64,000 nucleotides of DNA from an uncultured bacterium (GTDB lineage: Bacteria; Omnitrophota; Gorgyraeia; Duberdicusellales; CBEUCJ01), in the NCBI GenBank assembly GCA_965541615.1, contig CBEUCJ010000004.1, forward strand, positions 21,167 through 85,166, in the 5' to 3' direction. The stretch's first letter is position 1. The number at the start of each line of letters is the position of its first letter. Below the pieces are notes generated by a model. That model made no database searches and was not told where the DNA came from. It saw only the letters and a program-made list of their open reading frames with translations. The position numbers were made by a program, and so were the translations under genes. Shown one piece after another: positions 10,718 to 21,151 of this stretch.

Positions 10718-11476
10718 TTGATGAAAAAATTTTTAGAATTATTTATCTTACTTTTAATTTTAGGAGCTTCACCTCAGAGAGTCATAAAAGATTTTCATCT
10801 TTTAGGTTTTGATAAAAATGGGAATAGAAATTATGAGCTTTGGGCACAAAGAGCAGAGATTTTTGAGAAGAAAGTAAAGATGCACAAGATCACAGCAAAT
10901 CTCTATGGAGAGAAAACTGTTCTCATAAAAGCAGAAAAAGCTTTCTTAGATGAAGATGCACAAAATTTAAAATTAGAGAAAAATGTAAATATAACTTCAG
11001 AAGATAAACTTTTGCTCACTCAAAGTCTGGATTGGGATATAAAAGAGAATAAAGCAAAAACCTCTTCACAAGTAGAGATTGAAGAACCTGAGTTCACAAT
11101 TAAAGCTACAGGTTTAGAAGCAGATTTAAATAATAAAAAAACTATTTTAAAAAATAAAGTTAGTCTCTCTTTTAAAAAAAGAGTGTTTACATCTGTTAGT
11201 TGCCAAGGTCCTATGGAGATAGATTACAAAAATAATATAGCTATTCTTTATAATAAAGTCAAAGTAGATGATACAGAAGGTCAAATTTTTTCAGATAAAA
11301 TGGAAGTTTATTTTGATCCTGAAAGCAAAAAGATAAAAAAAATTAGAGCTTTAGGCAATGTAAAGATAGTAAGAACAGATTCAGTAACTTATGCCAAAGA
11401 AGCTGAGTTCGATGTTAATTCAAAAAAACTAACTTTAAAAGGGAACCCTAGATTATTAATAATCTCTGAGAGATGA
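10718..11476 (+). CDS. LptC-LptA(OstA) fused LPS transport periplasmic protein
   Basis: Two beta-jellyroll-like halves (L.TQSLDWD..G; A.GNVKI..L.GNPR) directly upstream of lptB. Confidence 0.7.
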   Translation: MMKKFLELFILLLILGASPQRVIKDFHLLGFDKNGNRNYELWAQRAEIFEKKVKMHKITANLYGEKTVLIKAEKAFLDEDAQNLKLEKNVNITSEDKLLLTQSLDWDIKENKAKTSSQVEIEEPEFTIKATGLEADLNNKKTILKNKVSLSFKKRVFTSVSCQGPMEIDYKNNIAILYNKVKVDDTEGQIFSDKMEVYFDPESKKIKKIRALGNVKIVRTDSVTYAKEAEFDVNSKKLTLKGNPRLLIISER

Positions 11477-12195
11477 AGCTTTTAGAGGTCAAAGATTTAA
11501 GAAAAAGTTTTGATTCAAAACCTGTAGTAGATGGAGTGAGTTTATATGTAAGGAGGGGAGAGATTGTAGGTTTGTTAGGACCTAATGGAGCTGGAAAGAC
11601 TACTTGCTTTTATATGATAATGGGTATAATAAATCCTGATGGAGGGAAAGTTCTGTTTGATAATCAAGATATAACTTATTTACCTATCCATGAGAGGTGC
11701 AGATTAGGGATAGGTTATTTATCTCAGGAACCTTCTATTTTCAGAAAGTTAACTGTAGAAGAGAACATTATGGCGATTTTGGAAACTTTACCTCTGAGTA
11801 GGTCTCAAAGAAAAGAGAGATTAGAAGAGTTATTAAGAGAGTTAAATATTGAACATTTAAGAAAGAAAAAAGCCTATCTTTTGTCAGGTGGAGAAAAAAG
11901 GAGATTAGAGATTACAAGAAGTCTGGTTACTAATCCTTCCTTTTTACTTTTGGATGAACCTTTTTCAGGAGTAGATCCAATAGTAGTAAATGAGATTCAA
12001 GATATAGTAAGATCACTTACAAAGAAAGGGATAGGTATTCTTCTTACAGATCACAATGTGAGAGAGACTTTAGAGATTACAGATAGAGCTTATCTAATAT
12101 ATGAAGGGAAGATATTAATGAGTGGATGTTCAGAAGATTTAATAAATTCACCAGAAGCCAAAAGAATATACTTAGGTGAAGATTTCAGAATGTAG
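11473..12195 (+). CDS. lptB: LPS export ABC transporter ATPase
   Basis: GPNGAGKTT, YLSQEPSIFRKL, LSGGEKRR, TDHNVRETL, YLGEDF. Confidence 0.95.
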   Translation: MKLLEVKDLRKSFDSKPVVDGVSLYVRRGEIVGLLGPNGAGKTTCFYMIMGIINPDGGKVLFDNQDITYLPIHERCRLGIGYLSQEPSIFRKLTVEENIMAILETLPLSRSQRKERLEELLRELNIEHLRKKKAYLLSGGEKRRLEITRSLVTNPSFLLLDEPFSGVDPIVVNEIQDIVRSLTKKGIGILLTDHNVRETLEITDRAYLIYEGKILMSGCSEDLINSPEAKRIYLGEDFRM

Positions 12196-12198
12196 AAA

Positions 12199-13098
12199 AT
12201 GAGAGCAGAGATAAAAAAAATAGATGCTACTAAAAGAGAGATATTAATAGAATTAGAGAAAGATTCTTTAGAAAAAGAATGGGATAGAGTTTACAAGGAA
12301 ATTTCTCAGGAAGTAAAAATACCAGGTTTTAGACCTGGAAAAGCTCCTCGTGAGATTTTAGAAAAGAATTACAAAGATTTGGCAAAAAAGAAATTAGCTG
12401 AATCACTAATCCCCAAATTATATGAAGAAGTTATAAAAAAAGAGAATCTAAAACCTTTGAGTTTACCTGAATTTAAAGATCTAAAGATAGAAGATGATTA
12501 TCTTAAATTTTCAGCTTTTGTGGAGGTAAAACCCCAGATTTCAATAAAAGATTATTATGGAATCTCTTTAAAATTTGAAGATATAGAAGTAAAGGATTCT
12601 GAAATAGAAGCAGCTTTAAAAAATTTGAGAGAATATTTTAAAAAAGAGCAGACTTTAGAGCTACCTCAAGATGCAGAAGAGAGAGCTTTATGCAAAAATT
12701 TTTATTGTAAAAACATAGAAGAATTAAAAGAGTGGATAAAAGCTCAAATTTATTTGCAAAAATATGAATCTAGGAAGAGAAGGATCCAATCCCAAATAGA
12801 AGAAAAGTTATTAAAAGAAAATAAAGTAGAGGTTCCTAAAAAAGCATTAGAAGCTCACCATCAGAGATTAGTAGAAGAAGCAATTTCAAATTTAAGATTT
12901 CAAGGAGTGCCTGAAGAAGAGATAGAAAAAAGAAAAAAGGATATAAAAGAAAAATTAAAACCTGTAGCTGAAAAACAACTCAAAATTTATTTCCTTTTAG
13001 AAACGATAGCTGAAAAAGAAGGAATTAAAATAGATGAGTCTGAAGATTTGATAGAGAAAGTTCTTTCATTTTTAGTGAGCAAGAGTAAATCAGAGTAA
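12199..13098 (+). CDS. tig: trigger factor (short, apparently lacking FKBP domain)
   Basis: GFRPGKAP ribosome-binding motif; upstream of clpP; 299 aa. Confidence 0.85.
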   Translation: MRAEIKKIDATKREILIELEKDSLEKEWDRVYKEISQEVKIPGFRPGKAPREILEKNYKDLAKKKLAESLIPKLYEEVIKKENLKPLSLPEFKDLKIEDDYLKFSAFVEVKPQISIKDYYGISLKFEDIEVKDSEIEAALKNLREYFKKEQTLELPQDAEERALCKNFYCKNIEELKEWIKAQIYLQKYESRKRRIQSQIEEKLLKENKVEVPKKALEAHHQRLVEEAISNLRFQGVPEEEIEKRKKDIKEKLKPVAEKQLKIYFLLETIAEKEGIKIDESEDLIEKVLSFLVSKSKSE

Positions 13099-13126
13099 AA
13101 TTTTATTAAAATGAGGAGGTAATTTT

Positions 13127-13729
13127 ATGAAGATGCAAACTTTAATCCCTATAGTTATTGAACAGACAGGAAGAGCAGAACGTGCTTATGATATATACTC
13201 AAGATTATTAAAGGATAGAATAATTTTTATTGGCACCCCTATAGATGATCATGTAGCAAATTTGGTAATAGCTCAACTTTTATTCTTACAGATGGAAGAT
13301 GCTACAAAAGATATTCATGTTTATATTAACTCTCCTGGAGGGTCGGTAACTGCAGGATTAGCTATTTATGATACGATTCAGTTTGTTAAATGTGATGTAG
13401 CTACCTATTGTGTAGGACAAGCTTCGAGTATGGGAGCAGTGCTTTTAGCTGCAGGAAAAAAAGGAAAAAGATACGCTCTCCCTAATTCCAGAATTTTAAT
13501 TCATCAACCTTGGGGAGGAGTGCAAGGACAAGCTGAAGACATCTCTCGTCAAGCAAAGGAAATTTTAAGATTAAGAGATAAAATCATAGAGATATTAGCT
13601 TATCATACCAATCAACCTGTAGAAAAGATAAGAGCAGATACTGACCGTGACTTTTTTATGTCTGCTTATGAGGCAAAAGAGTACGGTATAATAGATGAGG
13701 TTATAGAACCTTTAAAAGAAAAAAAATGA
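13127..13729 (+). CDS. clpP: ATP-dependent Clp protease proteolytic subunit
   Basis: [27 protein letters not shown]. Confidence 0.97.
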   Translation: MKMQTLIPIVIEQTGRAERAYDIYSRLLKDRIIFIGTPIDDHVANLVIAQLLFLQMEDATKDIHVYINSPGGSVTAGLAIYDTIQFVKCDVATYCVGQASSMGAVLLAAGKKGKRYALPNSRILIHQPWGGVQGQAEDISRQAKEILRLRDKIIEILAYHTNQPVEKIRADTDRDFFMSAYEAKEYGIIDEVIEPLKEKK

Positions 13730-14844
13730 GACATATTCTTCTCACTCCAGGACCTACTCCTTTACCTCCAGAAATTTTAGAGATCTTATCTAAACCTATA
13801 ATCCATCACAGAACTTCAGAGTTTAAAAAGATTTTAAATAGAGTTAGAGAAAAGATAAAGAAAGTATTTTTTACAGACTCAGAAGTCTTAATATTTGCAT
13901 CTTCAGGAACAGGAGCAATGGAAGCTGCTGTTGCTAATTTTTTTAAAGAAGGAGATAAAGTTTTGGTAATAGAGGGAGGAAAATTTGGTCAAAGATGGTC
14001 AGAGATTTGTAAAAGTTTTAGATTACAGGTTTTAAAAGAAGAAGTTGAATGGGGAAAATCTCTTTCTAAAGAAAGATTATCTGAGATTTTAGATTCTAAT
14101 CCAGATATTAAGGGAGTGTTTTCTACTCTATGTGAGACATCTACAGGAACAGTCTTTGATATAAAAGGATATGGAGAGTTATTAAAGGATAAAGAGTGTT
14201 TGTTAATAGTAGATGCTATCAGTGGTTTGGCTTCAGAGGTATTTTACCAAGATGAATGGGGAGCAGATGTTGTAGTATCTGCTTCACAAAAAGGATTGAT
14301 GCTGCCACCTGGTTTAGGTTTTTTAAGTTTTAGTAAGAAAGCTGAAAAATTTTTAGAAAGTTCAGATTTGCCAAAATATTATTTTGATGTGAAAAAATAC
14401 TATAAAAGTATCTTATCAGATGATACTCCTTTTACACCAGCTATTAATCTGGTAATAGCTTTAGATAAAGCTTTAGATATTCTTTTAGAAGAAGGTATGG
14501 AAAATGTTTTTAAAAAATTTGAGAAGATGAGCCAAGCTGTGAGAAAAGCAATTTCAGCTTTAGGGCTTAAGTTATTTTCAGAATCTCCTTCTCAGAGTGT
14601 AACAGCTGTAATTTCACCTGTAGATTCTGTAAAGTTAGTAAATCTTTTAAGGACTAAATATAAAGTGAGTATAGCTGGAGGTCAAGCTCATTTAAAAGGA
14701 AAGATTTTTAGGATAGCTCACATGGGATACATAAGTTATCAAGATTTGTTTTTAGGATTTTTGTATTTAGAAAAAGCATTAAAAGAATTAGGATTTGAGT
14801 TAAAAGAACTCTCCTCTCTCAATAAATTAAAAGAATATATGTAA
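13726..14844 (+). CDS. class V PLP aminotransferase (AGT/SPT family; probable phosphoserine aminotransferase)
   Basis: [32 protein letters not shown]; adjacent to serA. Confidence 0.9.
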   Translation: MRHILLTPGPTPLPPEILEILSKPIIHHRTSEFKKILNRVREKIKKVFFTDSEVLIFASSGTGAMEAAVANFFKEGDKVLVIEGGKFGQRWSEICKSFRLQVLKEEVEWGKSLSKERLSEILDSNPDIKGVFSTLCETSTGTVFDIKGYGELLKDKECLLIVDAISGLASEVFYQDEWGADVVVSASQKGLMLPPGLGFLSFSKKAEKFLESSDLPKYYFDVKKYYKSILSDDTPFTPAINLVIALDKALDILLEEGMENVFKKFEKMSQAVRKAISALGLKLFSESPSQSVTAVISPVDSVKLVNLLRTKYKVSIAGGQAHLKGKIFRIAHMGYISYQDLFLGFLYLEKALKELGFELKELSSLNKLKEYM

Positions 14845-14846
14845 TT

Positions 14847-16430
14847 ATGAAGATTTTAGTATGTGATAAATTAGCCCCTCCAGGTATAGAAGTTTTAAAA
14901 AAAGCAGGTCTCCAAGTAATTGAAAAAACAAAACTTAGCTTAGAGGAATTAAAAAAAGAGATAGCAGATGTCGAAGCTGTGATTGTGAGGAGTCAAACCA
15001 AACTCACAAAAGAGGTCTTAGAATGTGCAAAAAATTTGAAAGTAATAGGAAGAGCAGGAGTAGGTTTAGATAATATAGATGTAGAGACTGCCACAAGATT
15101 AGGAATAATAGTAATGAATGCTCCAGGAGCTAATACGATTTCAACAGCTGAACATACTTTTGGATTGATATTAAGTATGATGAGAAATATCCCCCAAAGT
15201 TTTAATTCTCTTTTACAAGGAAAATGGGAAAGATCCAAATTTTTAGGAGAGGAATTATATGGAAAGACATTAGGAATAATAGGATTAGGAAGAATAGGTT
15301 CAGAAGTAGCTAAGCGCGCTTTAAGTTTTAAAATGAGAGTTTTAGCTTATGATCCTTTTATTTCTGAAGAAGTAGTAAAGAAGATAGAAGTACAACTGAC
15401 AGATTTTGAGACCCTTTTGAGAGAATCAGATATCATTACAATTCATGTTCCTTTAACCCCTGAAACCAAAAATATGATATCAGAAAAAGAATTTTCTCTA
15501 ATGAAAGATGGTGTAAAAATAGTTAACTGTGCAAGAGGAGGCATAGTAAATGAAGAGGCTTTGATTAAAGCTTTAGAATCTGGTAAAGTAAAGAAATGTG
15601 CTTTAGATGTTTTTGAAACTGAACCTTTACCTGCTTCTCACCCTATACTTAAATTTTCTGACAGAGTAGTTTTGACTCCTCACTTAGGAGCTTCTACCCA
15701 AGAAGCCCAAGTAAATGTAGCAATAGAAATAGCTAAAAATGTTGTAGATGCTTTAATGGGAAGACAGATAAGAAATGCTATAAATATTGTATCTTTGGAT
15801 TTTAAGACTTATAAAGTATTAGAGCCTTATATAAAGTTAGCTGAAAAGATGGGGATTATGAGTTCACAGTTAGTTCCTTTCAGAGTTAACAAAATAAGGA
15901 TTACATTTTCTGGTCTTCTTACAGAATACAAACTAGATCCTTTAAGTTCTGCTTTTCTAAAAGGATTTTTAACTCCCATTATAGAAGAAAATGTTAATTA
16001 CATAAATGCTAAAGAGATCTGTAAAGAGAGAGGAATAGAAACAGAGATCGTTACTTCCTCTAAGAAAAGTGAGTTTCTCAATACTATTCAAGCAGAGTTA
16101 ATTTCAGATAAAGAAGAAAAAAAGATCACAGGTACAGTTTTTGGTAAAGAGAGTTTAAGGATAGTAAGAATAGATGAATTTTATGTGGAAATAATTCCTC
16201 AAGGATATTTGTTATTCATCCTTAATATGGATAAACCTGGTGTAATAGGAAATATAGGCACTATATTAGGAAAAAAGAATATAAACATAGGTGGTATGAG
16301 TTTAGGGAGAGAATCTCCAGGTGGCAAAGCTCTTACTGTGCTTAATATAGATCAAAAAGTTTCTAAAGAAGTTTTAGAAGAGTTAAAGAGTTTAGATAAT
16401 GTTTTAGATGTAAGGTTTCTTGAATTATAG
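14847..16430 (+). CDS. serA: D-3-phosphoglycerate dehydrogenase
   Basis: GRAGVGLDN, GLGRIG, NCARGG, TPHLGAST, C-terminal ACT domain. Confidence 0.96.
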   Translation: MKILVCDKLAPPGIEVLKKAGLQVIEKTKLSLEELKKEIADVEAVIVRSQTKLTKEVLECAKNLKVIGRAGVGLDNIDVETATRLGIIVMNAPGANTISTAEHTFGLILSMMRNIPQSFNSLLQGKWERSKFLGEELYGKTLGIIGLGRIGSEVAKRALSFKMRVLAYDPFISEEVVKKIEVQLTDFETLLRESDIITIHVPLTPETKNMISEKEFSLMKDGVKIVNCARGGIVNEEALIKALESGKVKKCALDVFETEPLPASHPILKFSDRVVLTPHLGASTQEAQVNVAIEIAKNVVDALMGRQIRNAINIVSLDFKTYKVLEPYIKLAEKMGIMSSQLVPFRVNKIRITFSGLLTEYKLDPLSSAFLKGFLTPIIEENVNYINAKEICKERGIETEIVTSSKKSEFLNTIQAELISDKEEKKITGTVFGKESLRIVRIDEFYVEIIPQGYLLFILNMDKPGVIGNIGTILGKKNINIGGMSLGRESPGGKALTVLNIDQKVSKEVLEELKSLDNVLDVRFLEL

Positions 16431-17507
16431 ATGAAGAAGATCTTTATAGCTGCTACTCAACAGAATGATGGAAAGACTACAATAGCTTTAGGGTTAATTT
16501 TGAATTTAAAAGAAAAGGTTAAAAGAGTTGGTTACTTTAAGCCTATAGGTCAAAGGTTTTTAGAAGAAGAAGGGAGTTCTGTTAGTAAAGATACAGTTTT
16601 AATAGAGAAAGTATGCAAATTAAGGACAAAAAGCACAGATACGAATCCAATCGTAGTAAAAAGAGGCTTTACAGAAAAATACATACAAAATCCTAAAAAA
16701 GAAGAGATAACTCACAGAATATTAAAATCTTTTAAAAAAATATCTAAAAACAGAAAAATAATGATAATTGAAGGTACTGGACACGCAGGAGTAGGAGCGG
16801 TCTTTGATCATTCAAATGCAGAAGTTGCCAAAATTTTAGGAGCACAAGTAATAATAGTTTCTTCTGGAGGTATAGGTAAACCCATAGATGAGATATTTTT
16901 AAACCATAATCTCTTTAAATCTGTAGGAGTGAAAGTTTTAGGAGTAATAATTAATAAAGTCTTATTTGATAAACTTGAAAAAGTCAGTCATTATGTAAAA
17001 AAAGGATTAGAAAGAAAGAATATAAAAGTTTTAGGAGTTTTACCTTTTTATGAAGAGTTAAATACTCCTACCTTAGAACAGATATTAGAAGAGACCAATT
17101 ACGAGTTAATAAGTGGAAACAGATTTCTGAATAATAAAGTAACTAACATTATAGTAGGAGCTATGCCCACTTCAGATGCATTGAATCTCTTGAAAGCTGG
17201 GAGTTTAATTATTACTCCAGGAGATAGAGATGATATAATTCTGGCTGTGATAAGTTCAGTCTTATCAGGGATTAAAATTTCAGGGTTGATTTTAACTCAA
17301 GGGATTCTGCCTCATTTCAGAATCTTAGGTTTTCTTAAAAGAGCAGATTTTCCAGTAATCTTAGCTAAAGAAGATATATTTACTGTAGCTACAAAGATAA
17401 AGGATATAACGGTAAAAATAAGACCCAAAGATAAAGATAAGATTTTTTTAATTAAAGAGATGGTTAAAAAATACATAAATATTAAAGAGATAATAGAAAG
17501 CAATTAG
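16431..17507 (+). CDS. BioD-like P-loop plus DRTGG domain protein (stand-alone Pta N-terminal module)
   Basis: NDGKTT, YFKPIG, IIEG, TPGDRDD; directly upstream of pta. Confidence 0.85.
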   Translation: MKKIFIAATQQNDGKTTIALGLILNLKEKVKRVGYFKPIGQRFLEEEGSSVSKDTVLIEKVCKLRTKSTDTNPIVVKRGFTEKYIQNPKKEEITHRILKSFKKISKNRKIMIIEGTGHAGVGAVFDHSNAEVAKILGAQVIIVSSGGIGKPIDEIFLNHNLFKSVGVKVLGVIINKVLFDKLEKVSHYVKKGLERKNIKVLGVLPFYEELNTPTLEQILEETNYELISGNRFLNNKVTNIIVGAMPTSDALNLLKAGSLIITPGDRDDIILAVISSVLSGIKISGLILTQGILPHFRILGFLKRADFPVILAKEDIFTVATKIKDITVKIRPKDKDKIFLIKEMVKKYINIKEIIESN

Positions 17508-17518
17508 GAGGTTTGAAA

Positions 17519-18454
17519 ATGCATCCAGTAATAGAGATGATTAGAAAACAAGCCCAGAGAAATCCAAAGAGGATTATTCTTCCTGAAGCAGATGATGACA
17601 GGGTAAAAAAAGCAGCTGATATTATCTTAAAAGAAAAAATCGCAGATTTAATTCTTTTAGACAGAAAAAGTTTAGATCCCAAAAAACAGAAAGAATTCGC
17701 TTTAAAACTCTACGAGTTAAGAAAACAAAAAGGCTTAGATTTAGATACTGCTACTGAGTTTTTAAAAAATCCAGTATTTTATGCAGCTATGATGGTGAGA
17801 GAAAATCAAGCAGATGGTTTTGTAGCAGGAGCAGTTAATACTACATCTTTGGTAGCAAGGAGTGCTATATGGTGCTTAGAACCTCAGATCAAAGGAGGGG
17901 TGATTTCATCTGCTTTTATAATGATAGTTCCTAATTGTGAATATGGAGAAAAAGGTGTATTTATTTATGCTGATTGTGGAATCGTACCACAACCTACTCC
18001 TCAACAGTTAGCTCAAATAGCTGTTTACTCTGCAGAATTAGGAGAGAAAGTTTTGAATCTTTCTCCAAAGATAGCTTTTTTGAGTTATTCTACTAAAATG
18101 AGTGCAGAAGGTGTTTCTGTGAGTAAAGTAAGAGAGGCAGTAAAGATAGTAAAAGAAATTGCTCCTCATTTAAATGTGGATGGAGAACTGCAAGCTGATG
18201 CTGCTATAGTTCCAGAAGTGGCAAAGATTAAATGTCCTGATTCTAATGTAGCAGGAAAAGCTAATATTTTAATCTTTCCAAATTTAGATGCAGGTAATAT
18301 CTGTTATAAGTTAACCGAACGCTTAGCAAAAGCAAAAGCCATAGGACCTTTGTTTATGGGATTGAAAAACCCCTGTTCAGACCTATCAAGAGGTTGTAGT
18401 GTAGAAGATATCGTAGATTGTGTGGCAGTAACAGTAATAAGAGCTCAAAAATGA
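17519..18454 (+). CDS. pta: phosphate acetyltransferase
   Basis: LPEADD.R, LSYST, DGELQADAA, FPNLDAGNI.YK, DLSRG. Confidence 0.95.
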   Translation: MHPVIEMIRKQAQRNPKRIILPEADDDRVKKAADIILKEKIADLILLDRKSLDPKKQKEFALKLYELRKQKGLDLDTATEFLKNPVFYAAMMVRENQADGFVAGAVNTTSLVARSAIWCLEPQIKGGVISSAFIMIVPNCEYGEKGVFIYADCGIVPQPTPQQLAQIAVYSAELGEKVLNLSPKIAFLSYSTKMSAEGVSVSKVREAVKIVKEIAPHLNVDGELQADAAIVPEVAKIKCPDSNVAGKANILIFPNLDAGNICYKLTERLAKAKAIGPLFMGLKNPCSDLSRGCSVEDIVDCVAVTVIRAQK

Positions 18455-19554
18455 AGATATTAACAGTTAATGCAGGTAGTTCTTCTGTAAAGTATAAGTT
18501 ATTTGAGATGCCAAAAGGCACCCTTATTAGCAGAGGCATAATTGAAAGGATAGGTGAACCACAATCTAAAGTGAAAGATCATGCACAAGCTATTAAGTTG
18601 ATGTTTGATGAATTAAAGAGTATTTTGAAAGATTTAAAAGAGATTGGAGGTATAGGACACAGAGTTGTGCATGGAGGAGAGGATTACAAGAATCCTGTAA
18701 TAATAGACAAAAAAGTTTTAAAAGTTATAGAGAAAAATATAGAGTTAGCTCCACTCCACAATCCTGCAAATTTAGCAGGTATTAAAGCTTGTCTTAAATA
18801 TTTGCCTCAAGTAAAGCAAGTTGCAGTCTTTGATACAGCTTTTCATCAAACTTTACCAGAGTATGCTTTTATATATGCAATTCCTTATCAATACTATGAG
18901 AAATATAAATTAAGAAAGTATGGTTTTCATGGGACTTCTCATCAATATGTAGCAATGCAAGCTTCTAAGATTTTGAAGAAGCCATTAAGTAAATTAAAAT
19001 TGATTACTTGCCATTTGGGAAATGGAGCAAGTATTACAGCTATTAAGAATGGAAGATCAGTTGACACCAGTATGGGTTTTACTCCTTTAGAAGGGTTAGT
19101 TATGGGCACAAGATGTGGAGATATAGATCCTGCTATAATCTTTTATTTAATGGAAAAAGAAAACCTTTCTCCACAACAAGTTTATGAGTTATTGAATAAA
19201 AAATCAGGCTTATTAGGAGTTAGCAAAATAAGTAACGATGTTAGGGTGTTAAAATCTGAAAGAAAAAAACAGAGGTTAGCTGACCTTTCTTTAAAAATCT
19301 TTCTTTATAGAATTAAAAAATATATAGGTGCATATATAAGTGTGTTAGGAGGAGTTGATGCTATAATATTTACCGCAGGCATTGGAGAGAATAATCCTGA
19401 TTTAGTAAAAGAGGTAACAAAAGATCTGGGTAAATTTTTAAAGAAAAAACCAAAAATTTTAATTATTCCCACAGATGAAGAAAAAATGATAGCTTATTTG
19501 ACTTATAAACTCTTGTTAAGCAAAGGAAAAAGAAAAAAGGAGGTTAAGAAATGA
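18451..19554 (+). CDS. ackA: acetate kinase
   Basis: NAGSSSVK, HRVVHGG, APLHN, FDTAFH, YGFHGTSH, FTAGIGEN; ATG 18451. Confidence 0.97.
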   Translation: MKILTVNAGSSSVKYKLFEMPKGTLISRGIIERIGEPQSKVKDHAQAIKLMFDELKSILKDLKEIGGIGHRVVHGGEDYKNPVIIDKKVLKVIEKNIELAPLHNPANLAGIKACLKYLPQVKQVAVFDTAFHQTLPEYAFIYAIPYQYYEKYKLRKYGFHGTSHQYVAMQASKILKKPLSKLKLITCHLGNGASITAIKNGRSVDTSMGFTPLEGLVMGTRCGDIDPAIIFYLMEKENLSPQQVYELLNKKSGLLGVSKISNDVRVLKSERKKQRLADLSLKIFLYRIKKYIGAYISVLGGVDAIIFTAGIGENNPDLVKEVTKDLGKFLKKKPKILIIPTDEEKMIAYLTYKLLLSKGKRKKEVKK

Positions 19555-20120
19555 AGAAGATATTATTATGGAGTTTGTTTTTGAGTTTAATGTCTTTACA
19601 AGTTTTAGCACAACAAAAGTCAATAGCTATGATTATTGCTTTTGATAATTTTAGAGACGAAGAATTATTTACACCAAAAAAAATCTTTGAGAATGCAGGA
19701 TATAAAGTAGAGATTTTTTCATGGGAAACAGGCACAGCTAAAGGTATGTTAGGAGGAAAAGTTAAAGTTAAATATCTTCTAAAGGATTTGAATGTAGATG
19801 ATTTTGAAGCTATAGTATTTGTGGGAGGGATTGGAGCTCAAAAATATTGGTATGATGAGAAAGCTTTAGAGATCGCTAAAAAAGCTGTTGAAAGAGGAAA
19901 AGTTGTAGGTGCTATTTGTATTGCCCCTGTAATATTAGCAAATGCTCAAGTTTTAGAAGGTAAGAAAGCTACCAGTTGGTTTTCAGTTAGGAGTATGTTA
20001 ATGAGTAAAGGTGCTCAGTACACAAATAAAGGTGTGGAGACAGATGGCAAAATAATTACTGCACAAGGTCCTCAGTATGCTGAAAGATTTGCTTTAAAAA
20101 TATTAGAGGCATTAAAATGA
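19551..20120 (+). CDS. DJ-1/PfpI family protein with N-terminal signal peptide
   Basis: FRDEE, FVGGIG, AICIAP nucleophile elbow, TAQGP. Confidence 0.9.
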   Translation: MKKILLWSLFLSLMSLQVLAQQKSIAMIIAFDNFRDEELFTPKKIFENAGYKVEIFSWETGTAKGMLGGKVKVKYLLKDLNVDDFEAIVFVGGIGAQKYWYDEKALEIAKKAVERGKVVGAICIAPVILANAQVLEGKKATSWFSVRSMLMSKGAQYTNKGVETDGKIITAQGPQYAERFALKILEALK

Positions 20121-20479
20121 TGAGGATAATTTTAGCTTCAAAAATAAGTATAGCTACAGTAACTAGTAAAGAGTTATTTTACGAAGGAAGCATTACAATA
20201 GATAAAGAGATTATAGAGAAAGCAGATTTAAAACCAGGAGAAAAAGTAGAAGTTTTAAATTTAAATAATGGTGCAAGGATTCAGACCTATGTAATAGAAG
20301 GAGAAAGAAATTCAGGCATAATCTGTTTAAATGGACCTGCTGCCAGATTCTTTGAGGTGGGAGATAAGGTAATAATTCTGTGTTATAGATTAGTAGATGA
20401 GTCTGAAGTTCAAAATCACAAAGTTAGGTTTGTAAAGTTAGATGAAAAAAATAGAGTTATCTCTACAACTTTACGGTAG
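20117..20479 (+). CDS. panD: aspartate 1-decarboxylase
   Basis: YEG/SITID cleavage site, NGARI.TY, LNGPAAR. Confidence 0.93.
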   Translation: MMRIILASKISIATVTSKELFYEGSITIDKEIIEKADLKPGEKVEVLNLNNGARIQTYVIEGERNSGIICLNGPAARFFEVGDKVIILCYRLVDESEVQNHKVRFVKLDEKNRVISTTLR

Positions 20480-20975
20480 TTCTGTTTTAAGGAAGAAAGC
20501 TAAAGAAGTAGATATAATAGATTCTGAAATAGAAAGTTATTTGGATGAGATGCTTAAGATTATGTACAAATATAATGGAATAGGTTTAGCTGCAAATCAG
20601 GCAGGTTTATTAAAAAAATTGGTAGTAATAGATTTGGGAAGATCACCTTTAAAATTAATTAACCCTAGGATAGTTAAAAGAAGTGGAAAAGTTGAATTTG
20701 AAGAAGGATGTCTAAGTCTACCAGGTTTAAGGGTAAAAGTGAGAAGATCAGCTGAAGTAACAGTAGAAGCTTTAGATACAAAAGGACATCCTTTGAAGAT
20801 TTCAGCTCAAGGATTATTAGCTATATGCCTTCAGCATGAGATAGACCATTTAGAAGGAAGGTTGATTTTGGATTATTTGCCTTTCATTAAAAGAGCAAGA
20901 GAAAAAAGGAAATTGATGGAGGTGGTAAAGAATGTCAAATTGTCCCAACAGGGAGAAAAATTTGAAAAGATGTAA
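20442..20975 (+). CDS. def: peptide deformylase
   Basis: [20 protein letters not shown]. Confidence 0.97.
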   Translation: MKKIELSLQLYGSSVLRKKAKEVDIIDSEIESYLDEMLKIMYKYNGIGLAANQAGLLKKLVVIDLGRSPLKLINPRIVKRSGKVEFEEGCLSLPGLRVKVRRSAEVTVEALDTKGHPLKISAQGLLAICLQHEIDHLEGRLILDYLPFIKRAREKRKLMEVVKNVKLSQQGEKFEKM

Positions 20976-21144
20976 TTGTTCTTATGAACCTTGTGATAAA
21001 AAAGGTATCTGTTGTGAGTGTTTAAGATATCATTTAAAAAGAGGAGAGTTACCTGCCTGTTTTTTTCCTCCAGAGGTAGAAAAGACATACGATAGAAGTA
21101 TTCAAAGATTTTTATCTATTCATAAAGAAAATTTTTCTTCTTAA
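20932..21144 (+). CDS. small Cys-rich protein (DUF6485-like)
   Basis: [16 protein letters not shown]...ELPACFF; SD ggaggtg. Confidence 0.75.
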   Translation: MSNCPNREKNLKRCNCSYEPCDKKGICCECLRYHLKRGELPACFFPPEVEKTYDRSIQRFLSIHKENFSS

Positions 21145-21151
21145 AAACAAG

